A stretch of DNA of 64,000 bases from Planctomycetota bacterium (lineage in GTDB: Bacteria; Planctomycetota; B15-G4). Where the stretch lies: the NCBI GenBank assembly GCA_038212275.1, contig JBBQUR010000008.1:159427-223426 (forward strand), read 5' to 3'. Positions 1-9,607 of the stretch are shown here, piece after piece (position 1 is the first letter of the stretch; each line of letters opens with the position of its first letter). Made by a program: the position numbers and the translations under genes. Below the pieces are notes generated by a model. The model had not been told where the DNA came from. It searched no databases and was given only the letters and a program-made list of their open reading frames with translations.

Positions 1-2035
1 CTTCAACGGCGACGGCCGCGACGACCTCGCGGTGGGCCACGACAAGTTCGACGTCATCGACATCCTGCTGGGCGGCGGCGCGACCTTCGCGGCTCCGATC
101 ACCTTCAACGTGTCGGCCGGCATGGCGGGCGGCTCGAGTCTCTTCTCGTGCATCAACGTCGTGGACCTCGACCGCGACGGCGACCTCGACATCGCCTTCA
201 GCGACAACAGTCACCAGAAATTCATCCCCTTCCTTCGCGGCCTCGTCACGACCATCCTCAACCAGGGCGGCGGCTCCTTCGCGCAGGGCCCCGACATCGT
301 GTTGCGCCCGGGCGCCAACGGCTTCACCGACATGGCCTTCGCCGACCTGAACGGCGACGGCTGGCCGGACGTGCTGGGCACGGACCACATGGACTGGGAC
401 TTCGCGCTCTCCGACGGCGCGGGCTCCTACGTGCAGCCGCTCGTCGCCAACTACGGATTCCTCGGCACCGACGAGCCCACCGCGATCGACGCCTTCGATG
501 CCGACGGTGACGGCGACCTCGACGCGCTCGTGCTCGGCAGCCACTCCGTCGCTCTGACGGTGCACCGCTTCCAGGACGGCGTGCCGCTCGAAGGCGCCGT
601 CTATGCAGGCCCGGACGGTGATCTCGACGCGGCCGACATCGACGGTGACGGCGACATCGACCTCGTGGGCGGCGGTGGCGGTCCGATCCACGTGCTGCGC
701 AATCTCGGCGACGGCAGCTTCGGCGCTGATGTCACCTATCCCAGCGGCGCCTTCGGCGGCCCCAAGGCCGTCAAGCTGCGCGATCTGAACGGCGACGGCT
801 TCCCGGACCTCGTCATCGTGACGCTGGGCGGCTTCAACACGAAGCTCAACCTCGGCGACGGCAACTTCGGCACGCTCGTGCAGTGGAATCTGCCGAGCTG
901 CGGCCAGGATGACGTGGATCTCGTGGACCTCGACGAGGACGGCGACCTCGATGTCGTCGTCGCGGAATCGGCGGGCTGCCCGAACGTCCCCTTCCCTCGC
1001 GTGTGGATCATCGAGAGCAACGGCGACGGCACCTTCGTGCAGCCGGCCGGCCCCGCGTTCAGCCCCACCGGCCTCACGCCCACGCTCACGCACGCCGACC
1101 TGAACCTCGACGGGCACCAGGACCTCGTGCTCGCGCAGAACAGCTGGCTCGAGATCTACCTCGGCACCGGTTCGCTCTCGGTGTTCGCGCCGAAGATCAC
1201 CGCCACGGCGGCGTGGGCGCCGCACGGCATCGTCGCCGCGGACTTCAACGGCGACGGCCTCCCCGACCTGGCCTCGTGCAACTGGGGCGGCGTGGGCAAC
1301 GACTTCATCAACGAGACGATGACCGTGCTGCTCGGCAACGGCGACGGCAGCTTCACGCCGCCGGCGGTGCTGCCATCCGGCGCCTCGTGGGACCTCGGCT
1401 CGTCCACCGGCATCCAGGCCGGCGACATCGACCGCGACGGCGACATCGACCTGCTCGTCGCGAACTTCGACTCGCACGACGTGTCGCTCTTCCGCAATGC
1501 AGGCGACGGCAGCTTCCTGCCGCAGACGCGCGTCGGCGGCGCTCTGTACCTCTCCGACGCGGTGCTCGCCGACTTCACCGGCGACGGCATCGACGACCTC
1601 GCGCTCGCCGGCCAGTCGGCCATCATCGCCGTGCCTGGCGCCATCGTGATCAAAGGCCTGGCCAACGATCCGTGGCTGCCCGTCGGCGCGGCGCTCGCCG
1701 GCAGCGACGGCCTGCCGCACCTGGACCTCGACGGGGCGCTGGTTCAGGGCGAGACGATCACGCTCCGACTCGTGAAGGCGAAGCCCGGTGCGGCCGGCTT
1801 CCACATCCTCGGTCTTTCGCAGCTCAACGCGGCGCTGTCCGGCGGCGTGCTCGTGCCCCAGCCGGACATCCTGCTGCCCTTCGTGGCCGACGCGTCCGGC
1901 GAGAACACCTTCTCGGCGCCTCTGCCGATCACGCTTCCCGCCGGCACGCAGCTCGTGCTCCAGAGCTGGCTCGTGGATGCCGCAGGCCCCGCCGGTCGCG
2001 CGGCCTCCCACGGCGTGCACGCCACGGCACCGTGA
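1..2035 (+). CDS. FG-GAP/VCBS repeat (beta-propeller) secreted protein, 5'-truncated by window edge, with ~120-aa C-terminal non-repeat domain
   Basis: Frame open from position 2 (FNGDGRDDLAVG...); many DxDxDGxxD Ca-binding repeats; stop TGA 2033-2035. Confidence 0.9.
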   Translation, partial: FNGDGRDDLAVGHDKFDVIDILLGGGATFAAPITFNVSAGMAGGSSLFSCINVVDLDRDGDLDIAFSDNSHQKFIPFLRGLVTTILNQGGGSFAQGPDIVLRPGANGFTDMAFADLNGDGWPDVLGTDHMDWDFALSDGAGSYVQPLVANYGFLGTDEPTAIDAFDADGDGDLDALVLGSHSVALTVHRFQDGVPLEGAVYAGPDGDLDAADIDGDGDIDLVGGGGGPIHVLRNLGDGSFGADVTYPSGAFGGPKAVKLRDLNGDGFPDLVIVTLGGFNTKLNLGDGNFGTLVQWNLPSCGQDDVDLVDLDEDGDLDVVVAESAGCPNVPFPRVWIIESNGDGTFVQPAGPAFSPTGLTPTLTHADLNLDGHQDLVLAQNSWLEIYLGTGSLSVFAPKITATAAWAPHGIVAADFNGDGLPDLASCNWGGVGNDFINETMTVLLGNGDGSFTPPAVLPSGASWDLGSSTGIQAGDIDRDGDIDLLVANFDSHDVSLFRNAGDGSFLPQTRVGGALYLSDAVLADFTGDGIDDLALAGQSAIIAVPGAIVIKGLANDPWLPVGAALAGSDGLPHLDLDGALVQGETITLRLVKAKPGAAGFHILGLSQLNAALSGGVLVPQPDILLPFVADASGENTFSAPLPITLPAGTQLVLQSWLVDAAGPAGRAASHGVHATAP

Positions 2036-2074
2036 TCACCGACGCAGTGCTCCCGGCGCCGGATCCTCGCGTCG

Positions 2075-2121
2075 TGAGCACCGCGTCGCGCGCCATGAGC
2101 ACCGCGTCGCGCGCCATGAGC
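2075..2121. repeat. 21-bp tandem duplication (TGAGCACCGCGTCGCGCGCCA x2 plus partial)
   Basis: Read directly in the intergenic region between convergent genes. Confidence 0.9.
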
Positions 2122-2151
2122 CGCGATCCGCCCGGCTGACGAGACGAGTGG

Positions 2152-2397
2152 TCAGTCGGGCGGGCCGCGTGGCCGGCACGCAGGTGGCCGGACGCCGCCC
2201 GCGCCGCGGTCAGGCGCCAGGGACTGCGCGGACACCGCATCGAGGCGCTCCGTGACGCCGCGCCGTCGCTGGCACGCCACGAACTCCGCCACGGCCTCCG
2301 CGTAGAGCGCGCCGCGGGACAGGCCGAGCCTCCGCGCCAGCACTTCCGCCGCTGCGAAGACCTCGTCCGGAAGCGCGATGACCGTCTTCAGCTCCAT
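2152..2397 (-). CDS. Ribbon-helix-helix antitoxin of ChpI/MazE-like type, orphan and possibly degenerate at the C-terminus
   Basis: MELKTVIALPDEVFAAAEVLARRLGLSRGALYAEAVAEFV...VTERLDAV matches the MKTAISIPD..F..AE..A..LG.SRS.LY..A..EF pattern; SD-like GAGGA upstream. Confidence 0.7.
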   Translation of the reverse strand: MELKTVIALPDEVFAAAEVLARRLGLSRGALYAEAVAEFVACQRRRGVTERLDAVSAQSLAPDRGAGGVRPPACRPRGPPD

Positions 2398-2620
2398 GGC
2401 AATGTCCTCGTGCTGCCCAACTGACCAACTGACCGGCCCGCCGCGCCAGCCGTCCCGACCGCGGGCCTCATGCTCGACGGTCATGCACGGCGCGCGTTAC
2501 CTCCTGTCGCGTCCTGAGCTCCGGCGCGAGCGACGTGCCGCTCGTCTTCCTGCTCCGGCGGGAGTGAGCGCACAGTTCACGCTCCGAACGGCCGCGCGAG
2601 GCGTCTAGAATCCGGCGCAC

Positions 2621-5305
2621 ATGACCAACGCCGGGGAGACGTGCGCATCGACGGGCCCGCTGGACGGCGAGCGCTCGCGGCTGCCCGTCGGCGCGTGCCT
2701 GCTGCTGGGCCTCGCGATCGCGCTGCTCAACACGACGCTGCCCGACGCCGTGCTGCTCCCCGCGGTGGATCGCCTGCCGCCGCGGCATCTCGGGCTCGCG
2801 ATCGACGGCGTCCTGCTCTCGCTCGGCGCGTGGGCGATGTCGCGCTCGGCGAGCGGGCTGGGACGCGGCCGGCTGATGCTCCTCGGCGCGGCCAGCCTCG
2901 TTGGTTCCCTCACCAGCGCGACCCTGCTGCCGCCGCTGCACGACTGGCTCGCCTCGGGCCTGCGCGGCGAAGGCTTCCTGCCGTATTACCCGCTGGTGGT
3001 GCTGGCCTCCGCGGCGGCCGCCGCGCCCGCCGCGCTGCCCCTGGGCGGGCTGCTCGCCGTGGCGCTGGGGACGGGCCGACGCGGCGCGCTTGCCGCGCTG
3101 CTGGCCGGCCTCGCCGGCGGCTTCATGCTCGCCCCGTGGAGCGCGGACGTGCTGCTCGGCGCCACCCGCACGCTGCATGTCACGGCGCTCGTCGCCGCCA
3201 GTGCGGCGCTGCTCTTCGCCGAGCGCACGCCGAGACCGGTGCGCGGCGGCCGGCTCATGGCGGGCGGCGGGGCCGCCGCGCTCGCGCTCGGCGCGGCGCT
3301 GGTCGTCGCCGTGCGCCTCGTGCAGCAGCAATCGGATCGCGGACCTCTCGTCGGACCGGCGCTCGCCGCGCTGCTGTGCCTCGCCGCGATGGCGGGTCTG
3401 CTGCTGCCCGCGCCGCGCTCGCTGCCGCTGTTCATCGCAGCCGTCGCGGCGGGGCTGCCGGCGCTCTGCCCCGCGCAGACGTGGATTCCACGCGAGCTGG
3501 TGCGCGACACCGGCGCCGAGCTCTTCACGCTGTCGCTCATGGCGCTTCCTGCCGGGCTGCTGCTGGGTGGACTGGCGCAGCAGGCGCTCGGTGCCGAAGG
3601 CCGGCGACGAGCCGGCGCGAGCACCACGGCCTTCGCGACGCAGGCCGCGCGCAGCTCGTCGCACGGAGCCGCTGCCGGTCGCGTGCCGCTCACGTGGTTG
3701 CCGGCGCTGCTGCTGCTGCCGGCGCCCTTCACCACGCTCGTGCTGCTGCCGCACGTCGGGGCGCGGGCTGCAGCCGTGCTTGCGGCCGCGCTCGTCGTGC
3801 TGGTGCTGGCGCGGCAGTGGCGCCAGCAACTCGCGGGGCTCCTCACCCTGGCCATCGTCGCCGCCCTGTCGCTGGGAGGCGTCGGCCCGCCGCCGCCGCC
3901 GGAGGCCGTGCGCGCCGACGACGTGGTGCATCTGCCGGACGGCGATGCCGCGCTCGTGCGCGATCCGGAGACCGGTCGGCGCCTGCTGGCGATCGACGGC
4001 CACGCGGCCTTCGGACGTTCGGCCGGCCAGGAGCGACGCTTCGCGCTGCTGCCGCTGCTGCTGTGGGGCCATCCGCAACGCGTGCTCGTCATCGCGTCGG
4101 GCTTCGGCGAAACGGCCAGTGCCGCGTGGAGCACGGGCCTGAACAAGCTGCACTGGTTGCGGCCCTTTGCGCACCCGGAGCGCTGGAACGACACGCCGTG
4201 GCCCGGTGAAGACCCGCCCACCGTCGGCAGCGAGCGGCAGTTTCTCGCGGTGCCGCGCGAACGCTACGACGCGATCATCATGGCCCCTGACGTGCGCGTG
4301 GCCAGCCGCGGAGCGCTGGTCGGCTCGTCGGAGTTCTACGCCCTCGCGCAGGAGCGGCTCGCGACGGGAGGGCTGCTCTGCCAGTGGTGGGATCTGGCCG
4401 ACACGGACATCTCGGACCTCAAGGCCGTCATCGCCTCGGCCACCGAGGTCTTCCCCTTCTGCTCGCTGATCATGGACCACCCGCGGACGCGACGCGCCTG
4501 CGTCGGGCTGCTGCTCAGCGGCGTCCCGCTGAGCGTGGAACCCTCGACGATCGACATGGTGCTCGCGGAGAACGCCGTGCTGGCTGCCGACATCCACGGC
4601 ATCGGCCTCGACGGTCTGAGCATGGCGGCCCTGGTCAGCGCCGATCGCGGGCTGCTCGAACTCATGGCGCCTGCCGAGAGCGCCATCCACGACGACCGGC
4701 CCGTGCTCGGCGTGCAGGGTGCGCTGCGCAGCGAGGGTGGCCGGCAGCGCCTGCTCACCGGGCTCACCACGCTGGCGCTGCAGCGGCGCGACCCGATGCC
4801 GTGGATCCTGGTGCCGCCGGACAATCGGTACGATGTCTCGCTGCTGGTGCGCGACCGTTTCCGCGCCTGGCAGCACCTCTTCGGTGGCGCACAGCGCGTG
4901 GTGGCGGAGGCCGGGCCCGCGGGCGCGCCCTTCGAGCGCGAGTCGCCGGGCAGCGGACCCGACAGCGAGGCGGCCAGCTTCCTCCAGGCGCTCGCCCCGA
5001 TGCCCGACAGCCACGAACTGGTGGAACTCGTGCTCGGCCGCGCCAGCTTTCTGCAGCAGCAGGGCCGGCCCGACGAAGCCGACACGTGGTTGCGCCAGGC
5101 CATCGCCATCGACGCCGGCAATCCCGCGCTGCACTTCGCGCTGGGCAGGCTGCAGGAGCGTCGCGGCATGCGCGAGGACGCCGCGGTGCACTACACCTCG
5201 GTGCTGACGATCGACCCGGGCCACGGCCCCGCGCGCGACGCCCTCGACGCGCTGCGTGCCGCGGGCATCGCGCTGCCCGAGGGCGCGCCGCTCAAGGACC
5301 GCTGA
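2621..5305 (+). CDS. Multi-pass membrane protein fused to a spermidine-synthase-like domain and C-terminal TPR
   Basis: Many hydrophobic helices, then RRLLAIDG, PQRVLVIASGFGET, ERYDAII, EFYALAQERLATGGLLCQW; TPR-like C-terminus. Confidence 0.75.
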   Translation: MTNAGETCASTGPLDGERSRLPVGACLLLGLAIALLNTTLPDAVLLPAVDRLPPRHLGLAIDGVLLSLGAWAMSRSASGLGRGRLMLLGAASLVGSLTSATLLPPLHDWLASGLRGEGFLPYYPLVVLASAAAAAPAALPLGGLLAVALGTGRRGALAALLAGLAGGFMLAPWSADVLLGATRTLHVTALVAASAALLFAERTPRPVRGGRLMAGGGAAALALGAALVVAVRLVQQQSDRGPLVGPALAALLCLAAMAGLLLPAPRSLPLFIAAVAAGLPALCPAQTWIPRELVRDTGAELFTLSLMALPAGLLLGGLAQQALGAEGRRRAGASTTAFATQAARSSSHGAAAGRVPLTWLPALLLLPAPFTTLVLLPHVGARAAAVLAAALVVLVLARQWRQQLAGLLTLAIVAALSLGGVGPPPPPEAVRADDVVHLPDGDAALVRDPETGRRLLAIDGHAAFGRSAGQERRFALLPLLLWGHPQRVLVIASGFGETASAAWSTGLNKLHWLRPFAHPERWNDTPWPGEDPPTVGSERQFLAVPRERYDAIIMAPDVRVASRGALVGSSEFYALAQERLATGGLLCQWWDLADTDISDLKAVIASATEVFPFCSLIMDHPRTRRACVGLLLSGVPLSVEPSTIDMVLAENAVLAADIHGIGLDGLSMAALVSADRGLLELMAPAESAIHDDRPVLGVQGALRSEGGRQRLLTGLTTLALQRRDPMPWILVPPDNRYDVSLLVRDRFRAWQHLFGGAQRVVAEAGPAGAPFERESPGSGPDSEAASFLQALAPMPDSHELVELVLGRASFLQQQGRPDEADTWLRQAIAIDAGNPALHFALGRLQERRGMREDAAVHYTSVLTIDPGHGPARDALDALRAAGIALPEGAPLKDR

Positions 5306-6251
5306 CGGGAATCCCGAGGACGCGCCACGTGTCGCCCTCGGGCGCCGTGGTGCGCGCGAGCAGACCGGCCAGCCACCAGTCCGTCGTGCGCTGCTCGGCA
5401 TCGTCGCGCACCTGCCCCCACAGCGGGCCGACGTAGTACCAGCCGTCGCTCGCATCCTGGATGTTCATGTAGAGCGGGAAGATCCATTCGCGCACGAAGG
5501 GATCGTCGCCGCGACCGCGCCAGCTGCGCAGCGGCGAGAGCATCTCGCTGCCGAGGAAGGTGAAGGCGCGCACCTCGCGCCGGTCGCCCACGTCGTCGTA
5601 GCCGAAGAGCGTGATGATGTTGAAGAGGTTGGCAACCTCGATGCGGCGGCTGCTGCTGCGCCCGAGAGCGGGCACGGTCTCGCCGTCCGCGGGGCGGCCC
5701 ACCTCCACCTTGAGCAGCGTGGCCAGGCCGAACAGCGTGAGGAAGACCACGTCGTCGGCGGGCCCGTCGTGACGCCAGTCGTAGAGCAGGATGATGCCGG
5801 AGCGGTGGAAGTCGGAGATCTTGCTGCGCTGGTTGTAGAAGAGCGGCAGCAGCACGTAGTCCGTGCGCATCTCCGGGTTGTCCTGGTATCCGTAGAGCAG
5901 GGACCAGAAGCGCGTCTCCTCGTACGCACTGTGACGGCTGTACCAGAGCGGGAAGAGCAGCGTGTTCTCGCTGTACGGCGGGTTGTCGTCGTGCCACCAG
6001 AACGGCAGCAGCCGCGAGTGCGTGTGCGCGCCCTCGTGCTCCTGGCCCACGAGCCAGACCAGCGCGTTCCATTCGCCGCTCGTGCCGTCGGACGATTCGC
6101 TGCTGGTGAACAGCGGCGGCAGGTAGACGCGGCTCTCGCGCACCTGGCCCGGGCCGTCCAGCACCGGCGTGCGACAGGCCGGCAGCAGCACGCCGGCCGC
6201 GGCGAGCAGCACGGCGGTCCGGAGGTGGCTGGCGGCGAGCCGAAGGCGCAT
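5292..6251 (-). CDS. Hypothetical lipoprotein with repeated aromatic (L/F)PL(F/W/Y) motifs
   Basis: Lipobox LLPAC; repeated LLPFWW, LFPLWY, LLPLFY, IFPLY, VGPLW; strong codon bias. Confidence 0.7.
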   Translation of the reverse strand: MRLRLAASHLRTAVLLAAAGVLLPACRTPVLDGPGQVRESRVYLPPLFTSSESSDGTSGEWNALVWLVGQEHEGAHTHSRLLPFWWHDDNPPYSENTLLFPLWYSRHSAYEETRFWSLLYGYQDNPEMRTDYVLLPLFYNQRSKISDFHRSGIILLYDWRHDGPADDVVFLTLFGLATLLKVEVGRPADGETVPALGRSSSRRIEVANLFNIITLFGYDDVGDRREVRAFTFLGSEMLSPLRSWRGRGDDPFVREWIFPLYMNIQDASDGWYYVGPLWGQVRDDAEQRTTDWWLAGLLARTTAPEGDTWRVLGIPVSGP

Positions 6252-6405
6252 GGCGGGGTTCTCGCGAAAGGGTGCGGATCATAGCGGCCGCGCCCGCCTT
6301 CCGGCCCGGGCGGAATTCCTGCGGGGATTCACCGGATTCTCCTGCCGCGCACTCAAGGCCCCGGGCCGGAAGGGCCGAAGAGGGTTGCGAGCAGGAGGCA
6401 ATCCC

Positions 6406-6951
6406 ATGAATCCGAACAGCAGCAAGACACCCGCGCGTCGTGGCAAGGGCCCCGGTTACCTCGAGGCCCTCGTGGCGATGTCCATCCTCGTGAGCCTTTC
6501 AGGCGTGCTCATGCCGGCCGTCGGCGAGCAGGTCGGCCAGGCACGCGTCGATCAGGCCTACGCCGACATGATCGACATCGCGAAGGGCATCGCGCACTAC
6601 TCGCGCGACACGCTGTTCCTCCCCACCGGCGTGCAGGGCCGCACCAACCTGGCCTGGATGTACGGTCCGGGCGAGATTCCGTCGGGCCACCAATTCGGCT
6701 CGGGCGGCGAGGCGCGTCCGCTGGAGGACGTGCTCTCCAACAACTCGATGGGCGGCGCCGCGTGGGCCGGCCCGTACGGCGGGACGCTCACGCCCGATCC
6801 CTGGGGCCACGCCTACCTTGTGAACGTGGACGGCTGGATCAACGCTCGCGAGCACGCGGTCGTGCTGTCCGCCGGCCCCGACGGCATTGCGGAGACGCTG
6901 CCGCTCTCGGCCTCCCCCGCCGGCGACGACCTGCTCTACGTGATGGACTGA
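6406..6951 (+). CDS. GspG-like pseudopilin / type IV pilin-like protein with atypical prepilin motif
   Basis: AGGAGG SD at 6393-6398; basic leader, G-PGYLE plus hydrophobic helix; WAGPY, DPWGHAY, SAGPDG, GDD motifs of the T2SS GspG C-terminal domain. Confidence 0.75.
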   Translation: MNPNSSKTPARRGKGPGYLEALVAMSILVSLSGVLMPAVGEQVGQARVDQAYADMIDIAKGIAHYSRDTLFLPTGVQGRTNLAWMYGPGEIPSGHQFGSGGEARPLEDVLSNNSMGGAAWAGPYGGTLTPDPWGHAYLVNVDGWINAREHAVVLSAGPDGIAETLPLSASPAGDDLLYVMD

Positions 6952-7050
6952 GCGTCGGGCCGCCGCGCCGCGCGGCGGTCGCACGCTCCTCGCTTTGGCC
7001 CCGGCCGGTGCGGACCGCATACTGTCGGCCCGATCCCCTCGGAGCCGACC

Positions 7051-7560
7051 ATGCCGTCACGCCCGTTCGCCCGCCTGCGCCGCGCTTGCCCGGCGACCCT
7101 GCCGCGCCGCGCTTCCGCCGCCCTTGCCGCCGCCGTCACCGGGGCGCTGCTGCTGACGGCCGCCTGCTCGAGGGCGGAGACGGCGGAGACTGCGGGGCAG
7201 GCAGCGCCGGCAGCGCAGGCCGCGACGCGTGGCGCGCCGACGCGCCTCGCCGCATATGACCTGTCGTGGACCACGACCATGGAGATCCGCTTCGACGGCG
7301 AACTCGTCGGCTACCTCGTCGAGGTGAACCCGGTGCCCGAGGGCATCGTGGACAGCCGCCCGTGGGAGCCAGGCACCGCGATCATCGAGGACAAGGACTT
7401 CCAGCCCATCGGCTTCATCTCGCCGCGCGGCACGACCTATCGCTTCGACGAGGACAACAAGGCGAAGCCCGTCGGCTTCGGCAGTCGCGACTCCGGCATC
7501 GCCGCCTTCTTCCGGCGCAACGGCAAGCCGCAGATCGTGGCGCCGCACATCGGCGGCTGA
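7051..7560 (+). CDS. Hypothetical lipoprotein
   Basis: GGAG SD; lipobox LLLTAAC; coding-like codon usage. Confidence 0.7.
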   Translation: MPSRPFARLRRACPATLPRRASAALAAAVTGALLLTAACSRAETAETAGQAAPAAQAATRGAPTRLAAYDLSWTTTMEIRFDGELVGYLVEVNPVPEGIVDSRPWEPGTAIIEDKDFQPIGFISPRGTTYRFDEDNKAKPVGFGSRDSGIAAFFRRNGKPQIVAPHIGG

Positions 7561-7568
7561 GGGCCGCT

Positions 7569-9506
7569 TCAGCGCGGCGCGACGCGGTAAAGCGCGAGCG
7601 GAATCGCCAGAGTGCCCTCCTGCAGTTCGATGACGTGCTCCGCGATCAACTGGCCCGGATGCGCCAGGCGCCAGGCGTCCACCATGGCCGCCACATCGGG
7701 CAGCTCGGGCGAGCAGTAGAGAAAGGCCGGGCGGCCCTGCGGCGTGTCGAGCACCAGAGCGCGCGCCGCCGTGTCGAAGCGCAGCGGCGTCGTGGGCAGG
7801 CCCGTCAGCTCGTGGATCATCTTGGGGATGTCCGACATCACGAGGTCGTCCGTGCCGGCGCGGGCCAGCAGCGCGTCGAGCAGCGAGAGCAGCTCGGGGC
7901 TGGTCTTGATGCGGTCAAAGCGCGGCTGCACCGGCTGCGCCATGCGCTGCGCGAGGAACGCCTCGTGATCGGAGCGCAGCTCGCGCAGGCTGCCGACGAA
8001 GGACACGCCCCACGCCAGGGCAAGCGCCGCGAGGGCCACGCGCTCGACGACCGGACGCGCCCCGACGAGGTCCAGCGAGCGCCAGCGCTGACGCAGGGCG
8101 AGCACCACGAAGCCCGCGCCGATCAGCGCGACGGCGAGGATGAGCGCCGCGTAGGCGCGTGACCAGCGGCCAGCAATCACCGGCGCCTCCGACGTGACCG
8201 TCGACAGCGTGAAGGCGAGGGCCAGCGCGCCGACAGCCAGCGCGATGCGCCCGGCGCGACTCGACGCGAGGCGCAGCACCAGTCCAAGCACGGGTCGCGC
8301 GCCCCACGCGAGCAGCACCAGCAGCACAGGCGCGAGCGGCTGGTAGAAACGCTGCTGCTGATTGAAGGGCCAGATGGCGTACAGGCCGAGATAGACGATC
8401 GTGCTGACCACGGCGACCACCAGGCCGGCGCGCGCCGCCACGACCAGCCCGAGCAGGAGCAGCGCCAGCAGCGCGTAGCCGCCGGCGTGCAGCGCCCCGC
8501 TGCGTGAACTCACCGCGAGGTTGGCGCCCTTGTTGTCGTCGGCCACGAACTTTCCGAGCGAGAGCCCCAGCGCCGCCAGATTGCCCTGCACGCGCTCCGC
8601 CATCGCCGCCGACCACAGCGCGATCTTCGGCCGCGCCACGTCGACATTCTTCGTGAGGTCGAGCGCCGCCGCGGCGAAGAGCTCGTCGCCATAGTCCGAG
8701 GACGCGGCGCCGGGCGACGCCGTGCGGCTGGCGACGTAGGCCTTCTGCGCCACCATCGGCGCCACGCCGAGCGCCGCGAACAACAGCAGTTGCGCCAGCG
8801 TCCGCGGCTGCAGGTCCAGCCCTGGACGCGAGCGCGGGGCGTCGCGTGAGGCGTCGCGTGAGCGCAGCAGGCGCGCAAGGGCGATGCCGGCGATGGCGGC
8901 GAGGCCCGCGCTGCGCACCGAGACGGCGGCAGCCGCGCACAGTCCCGCCAGCAGCGCGCCGCGCCAGCCGCGCTGCTCGCGCCACGACTGCCCGGCCAGC
9001 AGCGCGGCAAGGAAGCACGCCGTGAAGAGCGTCTCGCTGCGCAGGTAGGCGACCGAGTACTGCACCAGGTAGATGCTCGTCGCGCAGGCGAAGGCCGTCA
9101 GCAGCGCCGGGCCCGGCGCGAGCTTGAGCACGCGGCGGGCGATCGCGTAGGCCAGCACGATGTCGGCCAGGCCGAAGAGCGTGACGACATCGCGCATCGC
9201 CCCGTAGCAGGCCGGGTCGCCGGTGACGCGGATGGCCAGCGCGAGCACTGCGGGGAAGCCCGGCGGAAACTTGCCGTGCGGCACGCCCTGAAGCGCATAG
9301 CCGTCGCCCGCGACGACGGAGCGCGCGAGGCCGACGTACGCCGCGGCGTCCGGGTCGATGACCCAGTAGCCGCGCCCGGGCGCCGTGACGAGCAGCGCGC
9401 CGACCACGAAGACCAGCAGCGCGAGCAGCACGACCGCACGGCGCGAACTCAAGGCGCGGACCTGCGGAAGAGGAATGCTTGCAACGGAGGACGCTCCCGG
9501 GAACAC
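7569..9506 (-). CDS. GT-C fold membrane glycosyltransferase (ArnT/PMT-like); start uncertain (9452-9506)
   Basis: N-terminal TM followed by DPDAAAYVGLARSV..GDGY, KFPPGFP, RSETLF, QRFYQPL; many TMs. Confidence 0.7.
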   Translation of the reverse strand: MFPGASSVASIPLPQVRALSSRRAVVLLALLVFVVGALLVTAPGRGYWVIDPDAAAYVGLARSVVAGDGYALQGVPHGKFPPGFPAVLALAIRVTGDPACYGAMRDVVTLFGLADIVLAYAIARRVLKLAPGPALLTAFACATSIYLVQYSVAYLRSETLFTACFLAALLAGQSWREQRGWRGALLAGLCAAAAVSVRSAGLAAIAGIALARLLRSRDASRDAPRSRPGLDLQPRTLAQLLLFAALGVAPMVAQKAYVASRTASPGAASSDYGDELFAAAALDLTKNVDVARPKIALWSAAMAERVQGNLAALGLSLGKFVADDNKGANLAVSSRSGALHAGGYALLALLLLGLVVAARAGLVVAVVSTIVYLGLYAIWPFNQQQRFYQPLAPVLLVLLAWGARPVLGLVLRLASSRAGRIALAVGALALAFTLSTVTSEAPVIAGRWSRAYAALILAVALIGAGFVVLALRQRWRSLDLVGARPVVERVALAALALAWGVSFVGSLRELRSDHEAFLAQRMAQPVQPRFDRIKTSPELLSLLDALLARAGTDDLVMSDIPKMIHELTGLPTTPLRFDTAARALVLDTPQGRPAFLYCSPELPDVAAMVDAWRLAHPGQLIAEHVIELQEGTLAIPLALYRVAPR

Positions 9507-9607
9507 GCCTTGCGGCGGCGCAGATCGTCCAACATCGCGGGGTCCGGTACGAGCCGGGAGTGCGGCCTCTGCGCGCCGGCCGCGCGGGGAATCGGCACCG
9601 GGAGCCG

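Noticed and set aside
6353..6381. Sigma-28 promoter TCAAG...GCCGAAGA before the pseudopilin
   Set aside because: Spacer is 2 nt longer than the TAAA-N15-GCCGATAA consensus
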